Assembly (NCBI GenBank): GCA_022710715.1
Contig: JAKLGJ010000001.1
Coordinates: forward strand, 170,041-234,040
Source of the DNA: Candidatus Omnitrophota bacterium
GTDB lineage: Bacteria > Omnitrophota > Gorgyraeia > Gygaellales > Profunditerraquicolaceae
Direction: 5' to 3'
Length of the DNA stretch: 64,000 nt
Numbering within the stretch: position 1 is the first letter of the stretch; each line of letters starts with the position of its first letter. The notes under the pieces were generated by a model that was not told where the DNA came from, did not search any database, and saw only the letters and a program-made list of their open reading frames with translations. The position numbers and the translations under genes are program-made. Below, piece by piece: positions 1-10,100 of the stretch.

Positions 1-911
<911 letters not shown>

Positions 912-1082
912 TTTTTACTCACGTGAAGATTGGAAAGAGCAGTTTCGCTGAAAAGTCCGGTGCAAGCCGTAGACTGGCAGGGAAGCTGGAAACAATGCGG
1001 TATACTCAATCGCATTGGCTTGGCTATTTAAATTTTTTTTAAGCGAATCCGTTTTGCTATGGGTATCTTACATTAAAAATGC

Positions 1083-1156
1083 GGGCCCATAGCTCAGATG
1101 GTTAGAGCACAGCCCTGATAAGACTGGGGTCAGTGGTTCGAGTCCACTTGGGCCCA
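1083..1156 (+). tRNA. tRNA-Ile (anticodon GAT)
   Basis: Cloverleaf GGGCCCA/TGGGCCC acceptor, D arm AGCTCAGATGGTTAGAGC, anticodon loop CTGATAA, T loop GGTTCGAGTCC; no encoded CCA. Typical 16S-23S spacer tRNA. Confidence 0.9.
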
Positions 1157-1229
1157 TTAATTTGAGCATCCCGCTACTGCAACAAGTAGGATGAATGGCC
1201 CATACGGGACATACTGGCACAGATCTTTG

Positions 1230-1302
1230 GGGGGCGTAGCTCAGTTGGGAGAGCATCTGCTTTGCAAGCAGGGGGTCGCCAGTTCAACTCTGGTCGCCTC
1301 CA
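1230..1302 (+). tRNA. tRNA-Ala (anticodon TGC)
   Basis: Acceptor GGGGGCG/CGCCTCC with the G3:U70 Ala identity pair, U8-A9, D arm GCTCAGTTGGGAGAGC, anticodon loop CTTTGCAAG, discriminator A; no CCA encoded. Confidence 0.9.
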
Positions 1303-1948
1303 CTTATCCAACCAGATCCAGATGATTCGCTTATAAGCATAATTCACTCGTGTTTTCGGCTGTTTCCGGTATATCTTCATTCCGGGTACGGAAAACGCAT
1401 TATGCTCTTTGACAACTACAGAATTAAGAAGAACTACAATAGAACTGAGTTATCTCAATTGTTGGACAAGCTACTAAGGGTTTATGCACGGATGACTTGG
1501 TTAGGTGAGGCGACGAAGGACGCGGTAAGCAGCGATATGCTTCGGGGAGCCGCAAACAGGCTTTGATCCGGAGACTTCCGAATGGGGCAACCCTCTTGGA
1601 GTAAAATCCAAGAACTCTGCGCTGAATACATAGGCGTAGAAGAGCGAACCGGCCCAATTGAAACATCTAAGTAAGCCGAGGAAAAGAAATCGAATGAGAA
1701 TCCCCCAGTAGTGGCGAACGAAAAGGGACCAGCCTAAACTTTCGACACGCGAGTGCCGGGAGGGTTGTGGGACCTCGATATGGTAGTCAAAGGGATAGCG
1801 GAAGTGTCTGGAAAGACACGCCCAAGAGAGTGAAAGTCTCGTACGCGAAATTCTAATGACGCCTAGGGGTATCCCAAGTACCACGGGACACGGGAAATCC
1901 TGTGGGAATCTGGGCCGACCACGGTCTAAGGCTAAATACTACACCTAA

Positions 1949-1979
<31 letters not shown>

Positions 1980-3426
1980 TTGAAAAGAACCCCGGGAGGG
2001 GAGTGAAATAGAACCTAAAATCATAAACCTACAAAGCGGTAGGAGGCCTATACGCATCGCAAGGTGCGGATGGCTGACTGCGTACCTTTTGCATAATGGT
2101 CCGACGAGTTATTAGTTTCAAGCGAGTTTAAGTGAGTTGTGAAAGCATCTCACGAAGGCGTAGGGAAACCGAGTCCTAACCGGGCGACCATAGCTTGAGC
2201 TAATAGACCCGAAGCTGAGTGATCTATCCATGGCCAGAGGGAAGCCTCGCGAAAGCGAGGTGGACGTTCGAACCCTTCGGCGTTGAAAAACCGTGGGATG
2301 AGCTGTGGATTGGAGCGAAAGACTAAACAAACTCAGAAATTGCTGGTTCTCCCCGAAACAATTCTAGGGTTCGCCTTAGAACACTACGTCATAGGGGTAG
2401 AGTGCTGAATGGACTACGGGAGTCTACCGACTTGCCGGGTCCAACCAAACTCCGAATACTATGACGACTATTCTAGGAGTAAGACGACGGGGGCCAAGCT
2501 CCGTCGTCAAAAGGGAATCAGCCCAGATCGCCGGCTAAGGTCCCTAAGATTAGGCTAAGTTATAAAGGATGTGGATCCGCTCAGACAGCCAGGATGTTGG
2601 CTCAGAGGCAGCCATCATTTAAAGAGTGCGTAACAGCTCACTGGCCGAGCGAGTCTGCGCCTAAGATGAACGGGAATTAAGCCTAACACCGAAGCTGTGG
2701 GTGTACGGTGACTTCGGTCATCGTATGCGGTAGGGGAGCATTATCCAGTCGGTTGAAGCGGTACCGTGAGGAGCCGTGGACACTGGATAAGGGATTATGT
2801 CGGAATAAGTAGCGAAAATGTCTGCGAGAAACAGACACGCCGAAAGTCGAAGGTTTCCTGGGGAAGGTTAATCCACCTAGGGTTAGTCGTGCCTAAGCCG
2901 AGGCCAAATGGCGTAGGCGATGGATGAACTGTTAATATTCAGTTACTACCTTGTTGGCGTCATCACTTTTCATGTGACGCAGGAGGGATGGAGCTGCGCA
3001 GTGTTGGATGTCTGCGTTCTTGTGCGGGGAACCGCATGAGGGGAGCTTGAGGTTTCCGAGAGCGAAGTGCACTACTTCCATACTGCCAAGAAAAGCATGG
3101 GAAGGAGTTAACAGGGTACACGTACCGGAATCCGACACAGGTAGACCACCAGAATATGGTAAGGCGATCGAGATAACCCTCTTTAAGGAACTCTGCCAAA
3201 TAGCCGCGTAAGTTCGCAATAAGCGGTGCCCCGCCTCGTAAGGGGATGGGGTCACAGTAAAGTGGATCGGGTGACTGTTTAGCAAAAACACATCTCTCTG
3301 CAAACTCGAAAGAGGACGTATAGGGAGTGACACCTGCCCAGTGCTGGAAGGTTAAGGGAATCTGTTAGTGAGAGCAATCTTGCAAAGCGGTGAACCGAAG
3401 CCCCAGTAAACGGCGGCCGTAACTAT

Positions 3427-4102
3427 TGATTGACCGCAGTAGTTGTAAAATTTGGCTATATGCTGGGAAATCCTGTCAGGCCGGCAGTACGTCTGTCTTT
3501 AAGACGGAACGTGACAATCTGCCGGATAGGGACAATCAGCAGGAAAGACCTGAAGGAGGTCTCCGTGAAGATAGAAACAGGCTATTACTTAGCTGGTTTT
3601 GCGGATGGGGAAGGGAGTTTCAACATATCCTTTCGTCCGAGGCAAGACTATAAATCACCATGGAAAGTTTCTTTGTGTTTCAATATCTCTCAGAAAGATA
3701 AAGTTATTCTTGCATTGTATAAGCGCTATCTAGGCTGTGGAACATTGCGAGGCAGGCCTGATGGAGTCTGGTACTTTGAAGTGAATAATTTCGAATCGAT
3801 CAGAGAGAAAGTAATACCTTTTTTTAGAAGGTATCCATTTTTATCAGCTAAGAAAAAAAGAGATTTCGCAAAATTCTGCGAACTCGCGCGGTTGATTAAA
3901 AATGAGAATCACCTGACAAAAGAGGGGATTAAGAAAATACTTGAAATACGAAGAGATATGAATGATGGTGGCAAACGCAAGTATAGCGAGATGGAGATCT
4001 TAAGCAAGCTTCAGGAATCCTCAGAGACTATACGCCAAACTCCTGGTCAATCAGGAGATGATATAGTCCGGTCTTCCGGGAAACCGGAAGTTAACATGAA
4101 CG
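3427..4102 (+). mobile_element. Group I intron #1 in 23S, inserted after ...GTAACTAT (E. coli about L1917); carries a LAGLIDADG ORF
   Basis: Exon collinearity with E. coli breaks between GTAACTAT and AACGGTCC. The 5' exon ends in U and the intron ends in G. It contains the group I P7 strands (TCAGAGACTATACG at about 4020-4035, GATGATATAGTCC at 4060-4075) and a P9-like hairpin GGTCTTCCGGGAAACCGGAAG. Confidence 0.8.
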
Positions 4103-4113
4103 AACGGTCCTAA
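3565..4113 (+). CDS. LAGLIDADG homing endonuclease (single-motif, about 182 aa), intron-encoded; start probably GTG 3565 (the ORF frame is open from 3430)
   Basis: Motif YYLAGFADGEGSF (LAGLIDADG) near the N-terminus, preceded by SD AGGAGG 5 nt upstream of GTG. The reading frame runs through the intron P7/P9 core and 11 nt into the downstream exon (stop TAA at 4111-4113). Confidence 0.75.
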   Translation: MKIETGYYLAGFADGEGSFNISFRPRQDYKSPWKVSLCFNISQKDKVILALYKRYLGCGTLRGRPDGVWYFEVNNFESIREKVIPFFRRYPFLSAKKKRDFAKFCELARLIKNENHLTKEGIKKILEIRRDMNDGGKRKYSEMEILSKLQESSETIRQTPGQSGDDIVRSSGKPEVNMNERS

Positions 4114-4116
4114 GGT

Positions 4117-4308
4117 TAACGTAATAACGCTAGCCTGCTTGGTAGTAATACCAAAGAATAATTACCAACTATATCGGTGAAGTCCTCGGTTGTATAGAGG
4201 ATAATACCGAGGGAAGTCGTAAATGACCCCGTAGAGACTACACGTTGGCTCCTGCGTAAAGCAGGATGAAGATATAGTCCACGCCAATAGTAATATTGGA
4301 TTAACGTG
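4117..4308 (+). mobile_element. Group I intron #2 in 23S (ORF-less, 192 nt), inserted after ...CCTAAGGT (E. coli about L1931)
   Basis: Exon AACGGTCCTAAGGT (4103-4116) is followed by 192 nt absent from E. coli, then AGCGAAATTCCTTGT. The 5' exon ends in U and the intron ends in G. P7 strands CGTAGAGACTACACG and GATGAAGATATAGTCC are present. Confidence 0.7.
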
Positions 4309-4878
4309 AGCGAAATTCCTTGTGGGGTAAGTTCCCACGCGCACGAATGGTGTAACAACCTGATCGCTGTCTCAAAGAGGGACTCGGCGAAATTGTAGTG
4401 GCGGTGAAGATGCCGTCTACCCGCATCAAGACGAAAAGACCCCAGAACCTTTACTGCAGCCTACCATTGGGTTTTGGTTTAATTTGTGTAGCATAGGTGG
4501 GAGACTTTGAAGCCCGGGCGCTAGCTCGGGCAGAGTCGCAATGTGAAATACCACCCTGATTGGACTAAAATTCTAACCTTCCGACCTGAATCGGCCGGGG
4601 GGACAGTGATAGGCGGGCAGTTTGACTGGGGCGGTTCCCTTCTAAAAAGTAACAAAGGGGCCCAAAGGTTGGCTCAAGTCGGTCGGCAATCGACTTAGGA
4701 GTGTAAGCGCATAAGCCAGCTTGACTGCAAATCCGACAGGACGCGCAGGTACGAAAGTAGGGGCTAATGATCCGGTGGTGAAATGTGGAATTGCCATCGC
4801 TCAACGGATAATAGGTACTCTGGGGATAACAGGCTTATCGGGCTCGAGAGTTCACATCGACAGCCCGGTTTGGCACCT

Positions 4879-5297
4879 CAACATCATGGGGTGGTACGGG
4901 AGCAATCCTGTACATGCATTGGCTAATAACGGTGGAGTCTTCTCCCGGCGCACGCGCCGGGATTGATAATACCGTGGGAAGTCTGCAGAACATAAGCAGT
5001 TATTTCAGTGGTCTTTTCTCTTGGTGACAAAGTCTCAATCGATAGGTCTAATACTTTGATCTCGAATACATACACTAATGGATGGTTCAAAGTTATTAGG
5101 ATGTCTTTTGCTGTTCTTTGCTCATCATGAGAAAGCCATGTTCTGTATGACCCCGTAACGACTGATAGTACGGACGCACGATCCGAGCGTTATACGTACT
5201 TGAGATAGCAGAATGTGTTGCTATCATACGCCAACTCCGCTTACTGCAAACGGAAGAAGATATAGTCTAATCCCATCCGAAAGGATGGACAAGATTG
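4879..5297 (+). mobile_element. Group I intron #3 in 23S (ORF-less, 419 nt), inserted within GGCACCT^CGATGTCGGCTC (E. coli about L2499)
   Basis: Collinearity break inside the conserved peptidyl-transferase-centre sequence. The 5' exon ends in U (4878) and the intron ends in G (5297). The 3' core GAAGAAGATATAGTCTAATCCCATCCGAAAGGATGG (P7 plus P9 hairpin) lies just before the 3' splice site. The AT-rich interior has no intact ORF. Confidence 0.7.
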
Positions 5298-5365
5298 CGA
5301 TGTCGGCTCATCCTATCCTGGGGCTGGATAAGGTCCCAAGGGTCCGGCTGTTCGCCGGTTAAAAG

Positions 5366-5401
<36 letters not shown>

Positions 5402-6145
5402 AAATTGACCGTTGCTGTCTTTAAATCTGGCTATGTGCTGGAAAATCTGAGTATCTCATATTACTAATTGACGAAATAGTCTCTACATGATACTATGCAG
5501 TCGGGAGTGATAATATATGAGTGCAGATCACCAGCAGGAAAGGCCAAGCGGGATAGCATCATTCTATGTCAGTGGTTTTGTCGACGGAGAAGGCTGCTTT
5601 TCTATAACAATTCAGAAAAGTAAAAATGTGAAATTAGGGGTACAGGTTATTCCCGAGTTTCACGTCAGCCAACATCAACGCAGGACTGAAGTTCTTGAAG
5701 CAATCAAGGGTAAGTTTGGTTGTGGCTATATCAAAGCAAACAATCCGAATAACCCCAAAGATCTTACTTCAGTATACGTTGTTCGTAATTTAGCTGATCT
5801 TCGTGATAAAATCGTGCCGTTTTTTAAGAAATATCCTTTGTATTCGTCAAAGCAGCAGGACTTTGAGAAGTTTGCAAAAGTCGTGCATGCTATGAGTAAA
5901 AAGGACCATCTTGAAAAGAACGGTTTAAGCAGAATATTGAAACTATCATTCTCGATGAATGACAGCGGTAGGTATCGTAAACTGAAAATAGAAGATGTGC
6001 TGTCCAGTTTGGAATCCTCAGAGACTATACGCCAGAAGCTTGCTGTAAAGCAAGTTTAAGATATAGTCCGAACTGCATGGCGACATGCAGAGATTGGCAG
6101 AAATGCCCAATCCTTTTACATGACAATGTAGAAGTAACATAATTG
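5402..6145 (+). mobile_element. Group I intron #4 in 23S, inserted at CGTCGTGAGACAGT^TCGG (the I-CreI-type L2593 site); carries a LAGLIDADG ORF
   Basis: Break exactly at the classical L2593 homing site. The 5' exon ends in U (5401) and the intron ends in G (6145). Intron start AAATTGACCG resembles intron #1 start TGATTGACCG. P7 strands TCAGAGACTATACG (about 6018-6031) and TTTAAGATATAGTCC (6057-6071) are present. Confidence 0.8.
5517..6059 (+). CDS. LAGLIDADG homing endonuclease (single-motif, 180 aa), intron-encoded
   Basis: Motif FYVSGFVDGEGCF with ATG start and SD GGGAGTGA upstream. The C-terminal ...SSLESSETIRQ is encoded by the same 24-nt P7 core sequence as in intron #1. Size and architecture resemble I-CreI-family homodimeric enzymes. 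Confidence 0.8.
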   Translation: MSADHQQERPSGIASFYVSGFVDGEGCFSITIQKSKNVKLGVQVIPEFHVSQHQRRTEVLEAIKGKFGCGYIKANNPNNPKDLTSVYVVRNLADLRDKIVPFFKKYPLYSSKQQDFEKFAKVVHAMSKKDHLEKNGLSRILKLSFSMNDSGRYRKLKIEDVLSSLESSETIRQKLAVKQV

Positions 6146-6607
6146 TCGGTCTCTATCTGGTGTGGGCGTCAGGATATTTGAAGGGGAGTTCTCCTCAGTA
6201 CGAGAGGACCAGGAGAAGCGGACCTCCGGTGTTCCGGTTGTCTTGCCAAGGGCAAAGGCCGGGTAGCTATGTCCGTAAGAGATAAGCGCTGAAAGCATCT
6301 AAGTGCCAAACTCGCCCCAAGACTATATATCCCTGGGTCGCAAGACCCTGAAGGCACCTCGAAGACTACGAGGTTGATAGGCGCGGTGTGTAAGATCCGT
6401 AAGGATTTAAGCTAACGCGTACTAATTTGCCAATCGGCTTGTCCTTTAATTTTTTTAATTCAGGACTATTGTAGAACTTCTTAATTCTGTGGTTGTTGAA
6501 TTTCTCTAGACATGTTAATAGGGGAGACCGGAGCACTTTTGCACTTTCGCGCATCCGCGCTCAAGTGCAAAAAAGTTTCCTCTATTGTTTTGTCTAGAAA
6601 CACTTTT

Positions 6608-6723
6608 GGAGTGCCTTTGCCGCAAGGGTCACACCCGTTCCCATTCCGAATACGGTAGTTAAGCCTTGCTGGGCCGATGGTAGTGTATTCGTAAGGATAT
6701 GCTAGAGTAGGTCGGTGCTCCAT
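6608..6723 (+). rRNA. rrf: 5S rRNA
   Basis: GGAGTGCC...CCGTTCCCATTCCGAACACGG-like...GCCGATGGTAGTG...GAGTAGGTCGGTGCTCC. The termini are complementary and the length is about 116 nt. Confidence 0.85.
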
Positions 6724-6730
6724 TAATTTA

Positions 6731-6767
6731 AAAACCCCCGTGATACTATATGCGGGGGTTTTCTTTT
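6731..6767 (+). terminator. Rho-independent terminator after 5S (CCCCCG-loop-CGGGGG followed by TTTTCTTTT)
   Basis: 6-bp GC stem with an 11-nt loop and a U-tract, immediately after the rRNA operon. Confidence 0.6.
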
Positions 6768-6871
6768 AACGTGCCCCTGCTGATCCGCTAACCCTGATAC
6801 CGCAACGACCCGGGGGCATGAATTTCCGTTTAAGGCTGCGGAGACAAATATACAGCCTTATTTACATAGAC

Positions 6872-6905
6872 GCCCGTCAGGCGAAAGCCTGGCGGGCTTT
6901 TTGTT
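6872..6905 (+). terminator. Terminator hairpin GCCCGTCAGG-CGAAAG-CCTGGCGGGC followed by TTTTT (GNRA tetraloop); second copy at 12731
   Basis: 10-bp stem containing one U-G pair, GAAA loop and T5. An almost identical element with compensatory A/T swaps lies at 12731-12762. Confidence 0.55.
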
Positions 6906-7045
6906 TAAGCGGAAAACCTTTTCAAAAAATCCCGTTTTCTGACTTGAAAAACACCTTGAGTATGGTATAATTATCTAGAAATCAATCAAGGGTGCAGTGG
7001 GGAACCTTCTATGATGCTGGGTTCCCTTTTTTGTTTAGCATAGTA

Positions 7046-7086
7046 AAGCCACGGAATGTATTTAACATTGCCGTGGCTTTTTTTTA
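7046..7086 (+). terminator. Hairpin with U-tract (AAGCCACGG-16 nt palindromic loop-CCGTGGCTT followed by TTTTTTT), 27 nt upstream of the RBS of the 1294-aa gene
   Basis: 9-bp stem with T-run. Could be a third operon terminator or an attenuator in the leader of the downstream gene. Confidence 0.45.
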
Positions 7087-7112
7087 CGGCTCACCCGAAA
7101 AAAGGAGAGAAG

Positions 7113-10100
7113 ATGAAACGACTACCGCTATTCATTCTGATTATCTGCTTTTCGACCATTGCCTGGGCGCAGGATGCGGTCCAGACTACATCTTCAAAGA
7201 CCATTGCCGCCACCGGGACAACGGCTAAGAAAAAAACGATGAAAAAGGTCAAGGACGCGGTTAAATCCGGCCAGGTCAAGACAGAAGCGGCCGCTTCTAC
7301 CGACGAAGCGAATCAACCGCCGGCTCGTCCGGGAGACGAAGAAAAGGATCCCGCGGTCTGGGCGGCTTATTACAAAGCGTATATCGCCTGGATGAAAACA
7401 CTGGGAACGGCAGAACGCCGCGCGGCCTGGAAGAACTTGTCCCGGGACTTGCTGGACAGGGTGAATTCGCATCCGGAGACGATCGGTTCCGCTGCCATGC
7501 AGGCGGTATTCAGAGGATTGACCGCGGAATTCAAAGCCATGTTCGCCGCGGACCGCGCGTACGACAAGAAGTATGCTGCGGTGGTGAATAACCTGGTGGA
7601 TGCCGGGGTCAAGTTTATTAAGACTGCGTCGTATAAGGCGTTGAGCCAGACGGACAGCGAGAACTTTATCAGGAGTTTTACCGGATTGGCCGTGGAGACC
7701 GCCTGGCAAAGATCGAATAACAGCTGGAACGGGCATGCTGTTGCGCAGATAGCCGCATTCTACAATGGCCTGATCGATTCCGGTTCCGCCGCTACCAAGC
7801 CTTTTGCGTTCAATCAATTGATGCATCTTTTCCGCACCGTGCGCTGGAACTCCAAGGAAGGCAATCCGGAACTGGGCGACCAGCTCCTCAAGCAGGCATT
7901 GCAGGGCGTTGATTCAAAAACGCTGATCAATGGGTTCAGAACCCGGGCCGGCAATACTGCGCTTGCCGCCGATGAACGCGGGCAGGCCGCGTGTTCCTTA
8001 AGCAATATTCTTTACCATCAGAGCAGCCTGGAAACGGCTTTCGGCGTAAAGCTCACGGATACCCAGGTTGTAAATATTACCGGAGATGTGACCGATGTGC
8101 TCAAAGGCGTCAACAGTAACTCCATCGCAATCAGCGACGCCATGCGTAACAGCCTGTTGCATCTTGCCGGTTGCGCCATCAATCAGAGTATCAACAGGGG
8201 TGAGCAAACCGCAGATCACAACCGTTTGTTCCAGCACGCCTATTTTAAATTTGCGCAGGCATCGCTTCAGAAGAGCGGCAATGCCTCTCTGCAGGCTACT
8301 GCGATCAATATGCTTACTTCGATCCGCAATGCGGCAGCGAAAAAAGACGACGCGAAACTCGCCGCTACCTGTAAAAAACTGCTTCTGGGCGACGTCTCCG
8401 ACCTGGATGGGTTCCTGGACAAGGGACAGGAGGAGATGGGCACTACGAAAAGCGCGGATCATGCCGCCTGGCTGGCCAGGGCCCTGGCGAATATCGCCGC
8501 GTTGAATAAGGCAAGCAAAACAGGCGCGGTGACCGACGCCCAGATCAAAGACATGGTCGCTGCAATCAAGGATTGGATTTCTGTCGAGGATAATCTGGAC
8601 AACATGCGTTTGCGGTCATGGCAGGCGGAGCTGTACTCCGCATTGGCCGAGCTGGCAAAACAGATTTACAAGAAAGGCGAAGCTTTGGGAAGCGATGCCC
8701 AACTGAAGAAGGATTTTGAGCAGATCTTCTCGACTATCGTCGGATTACAGGATTCCAAGGTCAAGGAGCTGGCTGCCAAATATGTGACCAGCCTGGCCGC
8801 CGACCTGCGGGAGCAGGGATATGGCGCTTTTGCCAACCGGCTGGAGATCTCCCTCTGTCCGGATTCCGCTTCCCTGATGGCCAAAGCCTGGGCGTATTTC
8901 AACAAGAAGAATTATGCCGCAGCCAGGGCGTTCTGCGAAGAGACGATCAGCCGGTACACCGCGGAAGCGCTGAAACAACAGGCGTCGCTTAAAGATTATG
9001 CGCCGAAAGGTAAAGAATCGCTGTACTGGGCTTTGAATGACGTGGGCACCGCGCACTTCATCCTGGGTAAGATTTACCGGGCGCAGGGACAATCAGACCA
9101 GGCTAGAGAAGAATTCAAGACCGTGATCAATAAATACGGTTTTGCCCAGTGCTGGGATAAGCAGGGGTGGTGGTGGAAAGTCAAGGATGCGGCTAAGAAG
9201 GAACTGTCCAGCATGAATTCAGAACCGGTGACCATGCCGGTGATCCCGGGGACCGGCTCTACCGACGCCAACGGGAATATCACCATTACCTTCAAGTCGG
9301 GAACGCTGGATAAGAGTAATTTGAGCGAGTTCTGGGCCAAAGTGACCATAGACGGCAAGACCGAGTACTGGGATCTGGGTAAGGGCGCGATCTCCGAAGA
9401 CGGCAAATCCGTGACTCTGAAATTCGATCCCAAGTACGACGGCAAGACCATAGCCATGCAGTTCTACGGGTTCGACAACAAAGGTAAACAGACGGGATAC
9501 AGCAATGCGATCAAGGTGAAGGTAGAATCTGCGACCTCCCCGGTGACCATGCCGGTGATCCCGGGGACCGGCTCTACCGACGCCAACGGGAACCTCACCG
9601 TTACTTTCAAGTCGGGGACGCTGGATAAGAGCAGGTTGAGCGGGTTCTGGGCCAAAGTGACCATAGACGGCAAGACCGAGTACTGGGATCTGGGTAAGGG
9701 CGCGATCTCCGAAGACGGCAAGTCCGTGACCCTGAAATTCGATCCCAAGTACGACGGCAAGACCATTACCATGCAGTTCTATGGATTCGACAATTCCGGT
9801 AAGCAAACAGGATACAGTAATGCGATCAAGGTCACGGTGGATTCCGCGCTGTCGCCGGTGACCATGCCGGTGATCCCGGGGACCGGTTCTACCGACGCCA
9901 ACGGGAACCTCACCGTTACTTTCAAATCGGGAACGCTGGATAAGAGCAGGTTGAGCGGGTTCTGGGCCAAAGTGACCATAGACGGCAAGACCGAGTACTG
10001 GGATCTGGGTAAGGGCGCGATCTCCGAAGACGGCACCTCGATCTTTTTGAATCTCGATTCCAAATACGGCGGCAAGACCGTCACTATGCAATTCTACGGG

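Noticed and set aside
3430-3564. Upstream part of the HE-1 ORF (frame open from 3430 with TTG)
   Set aside because: This region is the 5' ribozyme core (P1-P6) of the intron. The GTG at 3565 with AGGAGG SD gives a protein the same size as HE-2 and starts just before the LAGLIDADG motif.
4879-5297. Interpretation of the 23S inserts as RNase III-processed intervening sequences (IVS) or expansion segments rather than introns
   Set aside because: IVSs replace helix tips (helix 25/45) and lack conserved catalytic motifs. Here all four inserts interrupt single-stranded or core conserved sequence, carry P7 consensus strands and obey the U(-1)/omega-G splice-site rule. Residual uncertainty is noted in the findings.
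7056-7112. ORF-caller start of the large protein at 7056 (MYLTLPWLFF...)
   Set aside because: That stretch is the stem-loop terminator/leader. ATG 7113 has a proper SD and begins a canonical signal peptide.
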